From: Pseudomonadota bacterium
GTDB lineage: Bacteria > Pseudomonadota > Gammaproteobacteria > JAKAQQ01
Length of the DNA: 64,000 bases
NCBI GenBank assembly: GCA_027320085.1
Contig: DAHVLZ010000019.1
Span: forward strand, 87,912-151,911
Direction: 5' to 3'
Below the pieces are notes generated by a model, which worked only from the letters and a program-made list of their open reading frames with translations, had not been told where the DNA came from and searched no databases. Of this stretch, positions 17,700 through 27,138 are shown one piece after another. Positions within the stretch are counted from its first letter, which is position 1. Each line of letters begins with the position of its first letter. The position numbers were made by a program, and so were the translations under genes.

Positions 17700-18960
17700 C
17701 GCAATCACGGCGTGACAAGCGCCGAGGAGGCTACGCCATGCGGAACCCTGGCACGGGACCGACAGATTTGCTGGAGGGAAGCGAGTGGCTCGATCCGCTC
17801 GAGCAGCAGGTGCTGCTCCGGGGTGCGCCCGTTCCTGCCGGAGCTGATTGAGCAGGAAGTGACCGAGGCGCTGGGACGGCTTCGGCACGGGCGGGACAAG
17901 GGCGACGGGCACCGGTCCCGGACGGTGATGGGCTCGTTTGGCCGGGTGGAACTGTCGATGCCGCGGGCCCGGGTGCGTGGTGAGGAGGGTTGCAGCCGTG
18001 AGTTTCACAGTGCGTTGCTGCCGCGCGACCAGCGTCTGACGGGCTCGGCGAGTGCCCTGATGGCCGGAGCGTACCTGGCGGGGGCGAACACCCGGCGGGT
18101 GCGCTTGGCGCTGGGGAGACTCTTTGGTGGGGCGGTGGGCAAGGAGACCGTCCGTCGTGCCTGGCACCGGGTGCGGGAGGACTTCGAGACCTGGAACCAC
18201 CGCCGCCTCGAGGGCGAGCCGATCGTGCGGCTAGTCCTCGATGGCACCGGGGTGCATGTGCGCCTGGACGGGGCGAGCACGGCCTTGTCGATCCAAGTGG
18301 CCCTGGTGGGGGTACGGGCCGATGGGCCGAAAGTGCTGCTGGGCTTGCGGGCACTGGCCGGAGAGAACTAGGCAGCCTGGGCCGATCTGCTCGGGGACCT
18401 GGAGTCCCGAGGCCTGAAGACCCCCGAGCTGGTGATCATCGATGGCGGCAAGGGGTGGGAAGCGGCGTTGGCCGCCTGGTGGCCCCGGGTACCGGTACAA
18501 CGCTGTACGGTCCACAAACTCCGAAACCTCATGGCCCATGCCCCGAAAAAGCTGCATGAGGAGATCAGCGCCGACTACCACGCCATGATCTATGCCGAGT
18601 CGGCCTCCCAGGTGCTCGCCCGGCGGCAGGCCTTCCTGCGCCAGTGGCGCCTGCGTTGTCCCGGAGTGGCCCGCAGTCTCGAGGAAGCCGGCGAGCGGCT
18701 GTTCACCTTCCTCCGCTATCCTCCCACCCAGTGGAAGCCGATCTGCACAACCCATGCCATCGAACGACTCCACCTGGAGTTCAAGCGGAGCATCCAGACG
18801 CAGTGCATGCTGCCCTGTGCCGACACCGCCTACATGATGTTCTGGGCCTTGCTCGCCAGCGGTCAGATCACGCTGCGCAAGGTGACCGGCTGGCAGATGC
18901 TTCTTGCCCCCCCACCCGCTTGACCTCGCCGCATGACCCGTGCAAGACTTAACCCGTCTG
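17700..18960. mobile_element. IS256-family insertion sequence with a degenerate transposase. Boundaries are approximate.
   Basis: Transposase homology covers 17712..18923. Imperfect terminal inverted repeats are suggested by ggcgtgacaagcgccgaggagg at 17709-17730 and a related reverse-complement sequence near 18925-18950. Confidence 0.65.
17712..18923 (+). pseudogene. IS256-family (mutator-type) transposase. It has an in-frame TAG stop at 18369-18371 and probably an N-terminal frameshift.
   Basis: Two ORFs (17712..18371 and 18432..18923) lie in the same frame, separated only by TAG. The translation EN*AAWADLLGDLESRGLKTPELVIIDGGKG shows conserved IS256 transposase blocks: RVELSMPRAR, VRLVLDGTGVHVR, CTVHKLRNL and LRYPPTQWKPICTTHAIERLH. 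Confidence 0.8.
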
Positions 18961-19015
18961 GAGACCATCCGTCAATTTCTACCAACTTCCGGACACAACC
19001 CCCACCACATCGGCA

Positions 19016-19902
19016 ATGGCGCCCATAATCGAAAGCGTGTACGCATTCTTTCACAGAAACATTTCTCGTGAACACGACATTCGCCACAAGAGCGGCGAGG
19101 CCTATTCACCCGGCGAACGGGACATCGCACAATCCGTGCGCGACAACTTGGCTGTACACCTCGCGCGCATACCAGGTAATGCGCCTCACGAGAGCCTTCG
19201 TCGACTGGCAGTCAGTGCTAAAGACCGGCCAGAAGAAGTGGGCCTCCAGGCCCTTCTGCGCAACCACGCCTCCGAGGGAGCGGCACGGCTGGTGCTTCGT
19301 GAGCCCAAGGACATCCCGCGCTTAGGGGACGTGTATTGCCGGGAACTACGGTCTGAGGCCGAGTTGTTTGAAGTCGTTCTTGCGCGCCTAGAAGCCATAA
19401 AAGACAGTGTCGAGTCCGGCCGGTTCAGTGAGAGGGTGTTATTCGAGCGCGGTATGGAAGAAAAAAGCTGCAGACGTGGCTCGCGGCGCGGCTTGAGGAG
19501 GCATGCGGCCGGCACGCGTTTGGGGTTACGCGGGAGTTTGAGGGTGACGAAGGCAAGAGGCCGGATATTCACATCCATCATGCAAAGGGAGCGGTCTGTT
19601 TGGAAATCAAGCCCCTGGATAAAATGCGCTATACGCATAAGAAGCTGCGAAAGGCGTTGGAAAGACAGCTTGTCGACCAATACATGGGTAGGCGCAATAG
19701 TCGTCATGGTATTCTCATGCTTTTTCTATTAGAGAGTCGAACGTGGCAACTTCCAAGAAATGGGCGAGCGGATTTCAACGAGCTCCTGGTCTTTATACAG
19801 GAATGCGGAAATATGCTCGCCAAAAACAGGCCGGATGTCGAGATTCTTAAGGTCTTCGGTATTGATTGTACCGAGCGTCACGTGCCGGTAGTAGTGTGTT
19901 AA
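19016..19902 (+). pseudogene. 3' portion of the same disrupted P-loop NTPase gene, with at least one internal frameshift.
   Basis: ORFs 19016..19732 and 19600..19902 overlap in different frames. They lie downstream of the IS, with low GC content. Confidence 0.4.
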
Positions 19903-20023
19903 GAGAACAAATCTGTGAAGGCGGACACAGGGTCACAGGGTTTAGGTTTGTGGCACCAAGAATACCCCCGTGTCTAGCGACAAACTAAGAACGAAACAAC
20001 GAGAAAAACGAGAGGAGGACCAC

Positions 20024-21205
20024 ATGAAGCTGTATATTACGTCGCCGGCGAAGGCAGACGCAGGGGTAATAGGTGTCTATCGGAGGGCGTTTCGGGAGGC
20101 TACGGAGCTCTATCTTGTTTCCGCTTATCTCACAGCGTGGACGGATATCCCGAAATTAAACAGAGCGTGCAAAAGCTTCACCATGATTATAGGCAAGGAT
20201 TTCGGTATTACGCGCAAGGCAGCATGTAATTCAGTTGTGGATTGGTTACCGAAGAGATTTCTGTCGAATTTCATGGTAGCGGATGGAATGGCGGGGTTCC
20301 ACCCGAAGGCGCTTTTCTGGAAAGACAGTTGCAATGGGAACCACATGCTTGTAGGGTCGTCGAACATGACAGAAGCGGCAATGTCAGGGAATGTAGAAGC
20401 TAACGTGTACCAGCTCATTACACGGAAAGAGTTTGATAGAGCGCGCCTATGGGTTGGAGGCCTGGCGCAACATTCAGTACCGGTGGCGGGGGGCTGGCTC
20501 GCCAGGTACAGGGAGGCATCAAAATGGCCTTCTGGCGGCGGAGGTAGGCGAAAGCAGATGGTGGGGGAAAAGGAAGGCGTCTCCGTTATGCCGTTGACCT
20601 TGCCAGACCCAACGGCTGGTAAAGAAATGATTGGGGGCCGAAAATCGCAGATAAAAGAGTTCGAACATAACAGAAGGAAGTTTCTACATATGCTCCGCCG
20701 GCGCGTTGCAGGAAAGACACGTAATGTTGATGTATACAATAGTATGTTAAATCTATGGGGCATTATGGCATTTCAATCGCAGCAATGGACAAGGAGTGGG
20801 CGGCGGAGCAACTGGAAAGCGTTTGCGCGGGCCTTTCTGGAGGTTTGCGATGCCAGAGATGAAGAGCGGGATGAAGTCGTGCGGGCTCAAAAGGACTTGT
20901 TAAAGAAAAAGAAGGTACCGACGCGCGGGTCTGTGTTTGCGGAATTGCTGTGCCACTATTTTCCAGATTTGTATCCTGTGTTAAACGAGCCTGTCGGAGA
21001 ATGGGCGAAGCGGGTAGGATACAGGGCGCCTCGTGGAGCATCGGAAGGAAATCGGTATCTTCTTCTTGCAAAAACACTCCGTGCCGCGCTTGCGCAAAAG
21101 CCCAGAAACTATCCCGCTAAAAATCTCGCGGAGCTGGACATTTATATTTGGGCTTACATAAAAAACGAGCGGGATAAAAAGAAAAGAAGACGCAAGAGTA
21201 AATAG
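20024..21205 (+). CDS. Phospholipase-D-family nuclease with a single HKD motif (Nuc/BfiI/NgoFVII-like fold) and a Lys/Arg-rich C-terminal tail.
   Basis: ORF 19970..21205 trimmed to MKLYITSP..., preceded by an AGGAGG ribosome-binding site. The HKD signature reads FHPKALFWKDSCNGNHMLVGSSNMT (HxK(x)4D(x)6GSxN). The gene ends 52 nt upstream of hsdM. Confidence 0.75.
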   Translation: MKLYITSPAKADAGVIGVYRRAFREATELYLVSAYLTAWTDIPKLNRACKSFTMIIGKDFGITRKAACNSVVDWLPKRFLSNFMVADGMAGFHPKALFWKDSCNGNHMLVGSSNMTEAAMSGNVEANVYQLITRKEFDRARLWVGGLAQHSVPVAGGWLARYREASKWPSGGGGRRKQMVGEKEGVSVMPLTLPDPTAGKEMIGGRKSQIKEFEHNRRKFLHMLRRRVAGKTRNVDVYNSMLNLWGIMAFQSQQWTRSGRRSNWKAFARAFLEVCDARDEERDEVVRAQKDLLKKKKVPTRGSVFAELLCHYFPDLYPVLNEPVGEWAKRVGYRAPRGASEGNRYLLLAKTLRAALAQKPRNYPAKNLAELDIYIWAYIKNERDKKKRRRKSK

Positions 21206-21257
21206 GGAGTGCAGTGTATATGAGGATTGCGGGGGGCTCTAAGTTGGATGGCGGCAT

Positions 21258-23062
21258 ATGAATTTCTCTGAACTCGCCAACTTCATCTGGTCTGTGGCAG
21301 ACCTCCTGCGCGGTGACTACAAGCGCGCCGACTACGGCAAGGTCATTCTCCCCTTCACCCTTCTGCGGCGTCTCGAGTGCGTCCTTGAGCCCACCAAGGC
21401 GAAGGTACTGAAAGAATACGAGAAGCGTAAGAGCGAGGCGGCGCTCGAGGTGCGTCTCGCGCGCGCAAGCGGTCAGATCTTCTGCAACACAAGCCCCTTT
21501 ACGCTGTCCGCGCTCTTGGATGACCAGAAACACATCCGGCAGAACCTCACCGCCTACTTGGGCGACTTCTCGGCCGAGGCCCGCTATGTCTTTGAGAACT
21601 TCAGGTTCTTGAACCGCGTAGGGGAACTCGAGGAGAAGAACCTCCTCTTTCTCATTGTCCAGAAGTTCGCCGCCATCGACCTGCACCCCGACGGGGTGCC
21701 GAACGAGATGATGGGCCAGGCCTTCGAGGACCTCATCCGGCGGTTCGCCGAGGACTCCAATGAGACGGCCGGTGAGTACTTCACGCCCCGGGACGTCATC
21801 CGCCTCATGGTCCAATGCCTGTTCGCTGAAGACAGCGACAGTCTCTCCCGCCCAGGTGTCATCCGCTCCCTCTACGACCCGGCGGCGGGCACGGGTGGGA
21901 TGCTCTCCATGGGGCAACTGGCCCTCCACGAGATGAACGACAAGGCCAAACTCGCCCTCTTTGGCCAGGAGCTGAACGAAGAGTCCTACGCCATCTGCAA
22001 GGCGGACATGCTCATCAAGGGCCAGGACCCGAACAACATCCGCCCGGGCAATACGCTCTCGGCGGACGCCTTCCCCGACGAGCGATTCGACTACGGGCTC
22101 TCCAATCCCCTGTTTGGAGTCGACTGGAAGAAGGTCCAGGAGGCGGTGAAGACCGAATACGAGAAGAAGGGCTACGGGGGCCGCTTCGGGCCGGGACTGC
22201 CGCGCATCTCGGACGGGGCGCTCCTCTTCCTCCTGCATCTCATCTCCAAGATGCGGCCAGTATCTGATGGCGGGGGCCGCATCGGCATCGTGTTGAGCGG
22301 CTCGCCCCTCTTTACGGGGGATGCCAGCTCCGGCGAGTCCGAAATCCGCCGCTGGATTCAGGAAAACGACTGGCTTGAGGCCATCATTGCGCTGCCCACC
22401 GACCTCTTCTACAACACGGGCATTGCCACCTACATCTGGATACTGGATAACGACAAGCGCAAGGACCGCAAGGGTAAGGTCCAGCTGATTGACGCCACCC
22501 GGATGTACGCCAAGATGAAAAAGAGCCTAGGGAGCAAGCGGGCCACCATCACGGACACCCAGATTGCCGAAATCGTGAAGGTCTACGGGGACGGTCAGGA
22601 AGGGGGCCACCTTCTCAAGCGAATACCAGGACAGCAAGACGAACGGCAACGGCACCCCCCGAACCCGAGGCCCCGCGGGTGGTCTCCAGGGTCTTCGACA
22701 ACGCCTTCTTTGGCTACCGCAAGGTCACCGTGGATAGGCCGCCCCGCCCCGGCACTGAGGGCAAGCCCAAGAAGGGCGAAAAGCCCTACGATAAAGAGCT
22801 GCGGGATACCGAGACCACCCCCCTTACCGAATCCATCGACGACTACATGGCGCGAGAGGTGTTACCCCATGTGCCGGATGCTTGGGTGAACACCACCATC
22901 CGGGATGAGAAGGACGGTCAGGTCGGCAAGGTCGGTTATGAAATCAACTTCAACCGCTATTTCTACGTGTACAAGCCACCCCGGCCGCCCGAAGTCATTG
23001 CGGCGGAGATTCGGGAGATGGAGAAACGCTTCCTTGAGCTCATGAAGGGGATGGTGGGGTGA
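21258..23062 (+). pseudogene. hsdM: Type I restriction-modification N6-adenine DNA methyltransferase subunit HsdM. It is interrupted by a -1 frameshift in a C6 homopolymer near 22655-22660.
   Basis: The N-terminal part (21258..22889) carries DPAAGTGGML (motif I) and SNPLFG (motif IV). The conserved C-terminal part (...PEPEAPRVVSRVFDNAFFGYRKVTVDRP...EINFNRYFYVYKPPR) lies in the -1 frame (ORF 22679..23062). Adding one C to the C6 run joins the two frames. Confidence 0.8.
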
Positions 23063-23595
23063 AAGTGTTGGCCGAGGTTCTAAATCCCGATGTGCGCCAA
23101 GCGGCTCTTGTCACGTTAGACATTGGCGGATGGCGCCCTATAGGGATTCGCGACTACCATACGCAATTGGAGGCTCTCCGAGTTACAGATGTTGTCCCGG
23201 AAGCCGTTCGGGAGCAGTTTGATGTTGCTCGCAATTTGATGTTGTATGGCTGGTTTGTGTACGAATTCTATACAGTTGCAAGCAATCATGCGCTGGCATG
23301 CTTGGAATACGGCTTGCGAGAAGCCTGTCAAATCGTAAATGGCGGCATGAACCCGTGCGCGAAAAAACCCGGACTCAGGTGTTACCTCAAGAAAGCGACG
23401 AAACTCGGATTGATTCCCGCGGGTAAGTACCATGACAAACTGGACTTTCTCCTTTCGAGTGTTCGCAATAGCATAGCCCACGGCGGCCGCACACTGCTCA
23501 ACTACGCAATGGCGATGGCAACTTTGGAGGTAGTGGCCGACTTATTAAATGACGTATTCAGTTCGGAAAGGGTCTCGTCATGTCGGCCAATATAA
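23059..23595 (+). CDS. Hypothetical protein encoded between hsdM and hsdS, possibly DUF4145-like and R-M-associated.
   Basis: It is 178 aa and overlaps hsdM by 4 nt at the GTGA stop/start. The motif VRNSIAHGGRTL resembles the R-x-IGN-AAH motif of the convergent protein at 24405..25064. There is no recognisable catalytic motif. Confidence 0.5.
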   Translation: MKVLAEVLNPDVRQAALVTLDIGGWRPIGIRDYHTQLEALRVTDVVPEAVREQFDVARNLMLYGWFVYEFYTVASNHALACLEYGLREACQIVNGGMNPCAKKPGLRCYLKKATKLGLIPAGKYHDKLDFLLSSVRNSIAHGGRTLLNYAMAMATLEVVADLLNDVFSSERVSSCRPI

Positions 23596-24227
23596 GACAT
23601 GTTGGTGTATCTGGTTCGTCCGCGTGGACCAAGCTGAAGTACGTCGCAAGAATTGGAGGTGGGGCAGGATTTCCTCCTGAAGAACAGGGTCAAACTGGCA
23701 ACGAGCTCCCGTTCTGCAAAGTAAATGCGCTCGAGTCTTCCACAAGCGATGGCATACTCTCGGCGCCTTGGGACACGGTTTCGAGTGCAACTGCCGAGAA
23801 ACTAGGGGCCCATATTTTCAAGCCGGGTTCGACCGTTTTCGCCAAAGTGGGTGCCGCGCTGTTATTGAATCGCTTCCGGCAGATTAACTGTCGTGCTTGC
23901 TTAGATAACAACAAGATGGGCCTTGAACCAGACCAGAGCCGTGTCTCACCACGGTATCTTATGTACGCCCTGAGCACAAAGGACTTGTCCATCGTCGCTA
24001 ATCCCGGAGCCGTTCCGTCGGTGAATGCTTCCCAAATTGCGGAGGAGAAAATTGTCTGCCCACCCGTCCTAGAACAAACCCGCATCGCCAACTTTCTCGA
24101 CGAGCAGATGGCGCGGATTAATGCGCTGATTGCGGAGAAGGAGAGGTTGGTTGAGTCATTGCGGGAATACAGGCAGTCATGGCTCTCGGGGCTATTGAGG
24201 TCGCCACCTGGTGGCGACGTTGCATAG
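23580..24227 (+). CDS. hsdS: Type I R-M specificity subunit HsdS, half-size with a single target-recognition domain.
   Basis: It is 215 aa. The C-terminal conserved-repeat region reads IVCPPVLEQTRIANFLDEQMARINALIAEKERLVESLREYRQS. Only one target-recognition domain is present. Confidence 0.75.
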   Translation: MSANIRHVGVSGSSAWTKLKYVARIGGGAGFPPEEQGQTGNELPFCKVNALESSTSDGILSAPWDTVSSATAEKLGAHIFKPGSTVFAKVGAALLLNRFRQINCRACLDNNKMGLEPDQSRVSPRYLMYALSTKDLSIVANPGAVPSVNASQIAEEKIVCPPVLEQTRIANFLDEQMARINALIAEKERLVESLREYRQSWLSGLLRSPPGGDVA

Positions 24228-24404
24228 CTACGAGGCCTGATACGCAAACGCACGAGATTCTGACCCTTCTGCGCCGTGGGGAGGGGTTCATCAATGACCT
24301 AGACAGCGACTTACCGTCCGAGGTCGTGGTCATGCGCGATGCGCTGGGCCGGAACCTGTGTAGAGCCGCAGGCCTCCGGTGACGCTTAACCACCAGATGC
24401 GCCA

Positions 24405-25064
24405 TTATGGGATGGGCTTTCTATTAGCGGCTATAACTTTTTTGTTAAAATCGTCCTTACGCTTTTGAGCAGCGGCGGGCGCGACGAAGAGGAAGTCAAA
24501 CAGTCCGTCAAGTACGATCAGATTCCACTCCGCTTCACCTTCCGCGACGGGCATTATTTGCCCGGACGATGCGTCTTTTAATGGGTGCGCAGCAAAGTTT
24601 CCGATCTCACGAACGCAGTGGAGTTGAGCGCCCAATTGAGACGGCAACATCTTGCCGTTGATGGCCTTCTCAATCTCATCTGACAGATTGTTTCCCTTGA
24701 TACCAAGGTTGTTTTGAAGAATGTTTTGAAGGCATCGACGGCTCAGGGCGGCGCTCGCCTTTGGACTGTCCTGTAGCACTAAGGCCGCCTCGGAGTAGTC
24801 TTCTGCAAACTCCCGCGGAACATCGGGCGGTGGGGCTGGTCGCGCAGACGCTTTTGGGTAAGCAATGAACGATTCTTGATCTACAAAAGACATGCCTCCA
24901 TCGCTGTAGTGCTTTACCTGGTTAGCGTGCACGAGAGAAATTATGACTTTTTTGCATTCTGGACATGCCTGATAAGAAACTCCCCAGTTACTGTCTGCAT
25001 CTCGGAGAAGGTAGTGCAATTGCGGATGGTTAAAAAAAGCTGTGCGGCAATGCGGACACACCAT
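24405..25064 (-). CDS. Zinc-ribbon protein with a DUF4145-like C-terminal domain, commonly found near type I R-M loci. Function unknown.
   Basis: The N-terminus has CPHCRTAF...CPECKK. The C-terminus reads HCVREIGNFAAHPLKD...EAEWNLIVLDGLFDFLFV. Confidence 0.5.
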   Translation of the reverse strand: MVCPHCRTAFFNHPQLHYLLRDADSNWGVSYQACPECKKVIISLVHANQVKHYSDGGMSFVDQESFIAYPKASARPAPPPDVPREFAEDYSEAALVLQDSPKASAALSRRCLQNILQNNLGIKGNNLSDEIEKAINGKMLPSQLGAQLHCVREIGNFAAHPLKDASSGQIMPVAEGEAEWNLIVLDGLFDFLFVAPAAAQKRKDDFNKKVIAANRKPIP

Positions 25065-25079
25065 ATGGTTTCCTCCTAT

Positions 25080-26081
25080 CTAGCCTAGTAGTGCAGCTAG
25101 GTCTTCTGCCCTTAGGTGAGTATAGCGTTTCAACATCTGCAACGTCTTGTGTCCCGTGATGGCGGCCACCTGCATCGGGTTCAGACCCCGCTCAAAGAGT
25201 CGGGACGTGGCCTCGTGGCGCAGATCGTGGAACGCCAGGCTCTCGATCTTGGCCTCGGCACAGACGCGCTCAAAGGCTTGTGAGATCGAATCTGGCCGCA
25301 TGGCCCAGACCTCGCCGTCTATGCGCCGTGGGAGAGCATCTAAGACGGCCAGGGCGCGGGTAGAGAGCGGCACACGCCGGGGCGTTCCCGTCTTGGTTTC
25401 CGGGATCAAAAGCACCCGGGCTCGCTGGTCCACATGCTCCCACCGCATGGCGGCGATCTCGCCGCGGCGCATGGCGGTCTCTATGGCCCAAGTGATGATC
25501 GGGCCGATCTGCCCGCCGTAGGTGGTGGCTTCTTCCAAGAGCTGCTTTCCCTCGTCGCTGACCAAGCGACGGTCGCGGCCGGGTGGCAGCTTAGGGCGCT
25601 GGCTTTTCACAATGTCCACGGGGTTCGAGAGGGATTCCATGCCCCATGCCGTGCGGGCGGTATTGAACAAATGGGAGAGAAGGTTGAGCTCTTTGTGGAT
25701 TGTCGCCGGTGCGGCGTTTTCGCCGGCGCGTTCGCGCACGTATTTCGCCATGTCTTTCCCTCTGATGACGGCGAGCGGACGAGATGCGAGCGCGTGACGC
25801 TGCCAGCGCTCGATCCGAAAACGCTCGACCGCCGTGCCTCTCTTGCCAGGTGTTATCTCCTGCGCGTAGCACTCCAGAGCCTCGCGCAGGGTCGTGCTCT
25901 CGGCCTCCGCGCGGGAGACGAACACGCCGCGCCTCATCTCAGATTCGATGGTGGTCGCCCAGGTCTCCGCCTTGTCCTTGCTGTCAAACGTGGCGGTTTG
26001 CTGAGGGTAACCCCGCCGGCGAATGAGGACTTGCCATACCCGGCGGCCGCCAGGGCCTTTGCGCGAAACGTAGGTCGCCAT
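25080..26081 (-). CDS. int: Tyrosine-type site-specific integrase (phage integrase family).
   Basis: ORF 25080..26171 trimmed to MATYVSRKGPGGRRVWQ. A C-terminal catalytic region (AFHDLRHEATSRLFERGLNPMQVAAITGHKTLQMLKRYTHL) is present. It lies directly downstream of tRNA-Val. Confidence 0.85.
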   Translation of the reverse strand: MATYVSRKGPGGRRVWQVLIRRRGYPQQTATFDSKDKAETWATTIESEMRRGVFVSRAEAESTTLREALECYAQEITPGKRGTAVERFRIERWQRHALASRPLAVIRGKDMAKYVRERAGENAAPATIHKELNLLSHLFNTARTAWGMESLSNPVDIVKSQRPKLPPGRDRRLVSDEGKQLLEEATTYGGQIGPIITWAIETAMRRGEIAAMRWEHVDQRARVLLIPETKTGTPRRVPLSTRALAVLDALPRRIDGEVWAMRPDSISQAFERVCAEAKIESLAFHDLRHEATSRLFERGLNPMQVAAITGHKTLQMLKRYTHLRAEDLAALLG

Positions 26082-26217
26082 AACACCCCCCTTATAACAC
26101 CTTGATAACACCCATTCGCCGGAACGCGGCCGGATGATTTGCGACAACGGATTGTCGCAGGATTGTCGCAAAAGGAAGGGTTGGCTGGCTAGTTGGCTTG
26201 CTAAGTGCTTGATTTTA

Positions 26218-26293
26218 TGGTGGGCGATGCAAGGTTCGAACTTGCGACCCCTGCCGTGTGAAAGCAGTGCTCTACCGCTGAGCTAATCGCCCC
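26218..26293 (-). tRNA. tRNA-Val (anticodon CAC), intact. This is the proximal att site of the island.
   Basis: The reverse complement GGGCGATTAGCTCAGCGGTAGAGCACTGCTTTCACACGGCAGGGGTCGCAAGTTCGAACCTTGCATCGCCCACCA folds as a 76-nt cloverleaf, with CAC at positions 34-36. Confidence 0.85.
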
Positions 26294-26359
26294 GGGGCCA
26301 TCTTGCGTCTTTCGGATGCTCATCTTAACATGGCCAAACCGTCCGAGCATGCCTGCTCC

Positions 26360-27073
26360 ATGATCTTCCGCCAGTTTTTTGATCCGGTTTCCTGCACCTA
26401 TACCTACGTTCTGGGGGACGAGGCGGGGCGGGAGGCGTGTCTCATCGACCCGGTTCTGGAGCAGGTCGATGAGTATGCCCAATGGCTCGATGAACAAGGG
26501 GTCCGCCTGGTTTATGCCATTGACACCCATATCCATGCGGACCACATCACGGGCTTGGGACGACTGCGCGAGCGGACCGCCTGCCGGACGGCGATGGGGC
26601 AAAGGAGCTCGGCCGAGTGCGTGGACGTCAAGCTTGCGGAAGGCGAATCCCTCTCCGTGGGGACTCTCGCGCTCAGGTTCCTTTATACCCCGGGTCATAC
26701 CGACGACAGCTACAGCTATGTCATGGCCGACCGGGTGTTTACGGGGGATGCACTTCTGATCCGGGGGACCGGCCGGACGGATTTCCAGAACGGGGATCCC
26801 TACCAGGCCTATGACAGCCTGTTCCACAAGCTCCTGCTGCTGCCGGAAACCACTGCGGTTTATCCTGCGCATGACTACCACGGAAAGACCGTGAGCACGA
26901 TTGGCGACGAGAAGAGATTCAACCCGCGGCTCCAGGTCCGCTCAGCCCGGGAATACGCGGATCTCATGGCCTCCCTCAAACTGCCGGATCCGCGTCTCAT
27001 GGACGTTGCGGTTCCCGCCAACCGGCGGTGCGGCCAGGTTGCCCCACAAAACGATGCCGGACCGGTTGGATGA
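26360..27073 (+). CDS. Metallo-beta-lactamase-fold persulfide or sulfur dioxygenase (ETHE1/SDO family).
   Basis: ORF 26303..27073 trimmed to MIFRQFFDPVSCTYTYVLGD. Metal-ligand motifs are HIHADHITG and YTPGHTDDS. Confidence 0.8.
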   Translation: MIFRQFFDPVSCTYTYVLGDEAGREACLIDPVLEQVDEYAQWLDEQGVRLVYAIDTHIHADHITGLGRLRERTACRTAMGQRSSAECVDVKLAEGESLSVGTLALRFLYTPGHTDDSYSYVMADRVFTGDALLIRGTGRTDFQNGDPYQAYDSLFHKLLLLPETTAVYPAHDYHGKTVSTIGDEKRFNPRLQVRSAREYADLMASLKLPDPRLMDVAVPANRRCGQVAPQNDAGPVG

Positions 27074-27138
27074 GCCGCAAGCGAGTGGGGAAACTCGGGT
27101 AAAATGACGCATCTTCCGGCCCCCTTCGGATCATTCCG

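Noticed and set aside
17604-18354. Minus-strand ORFs 17604..18200 and 17731..18354, both Pro/Ala/Arg-rich.
   Set aside because: They are antisense to the IS256 transposase.
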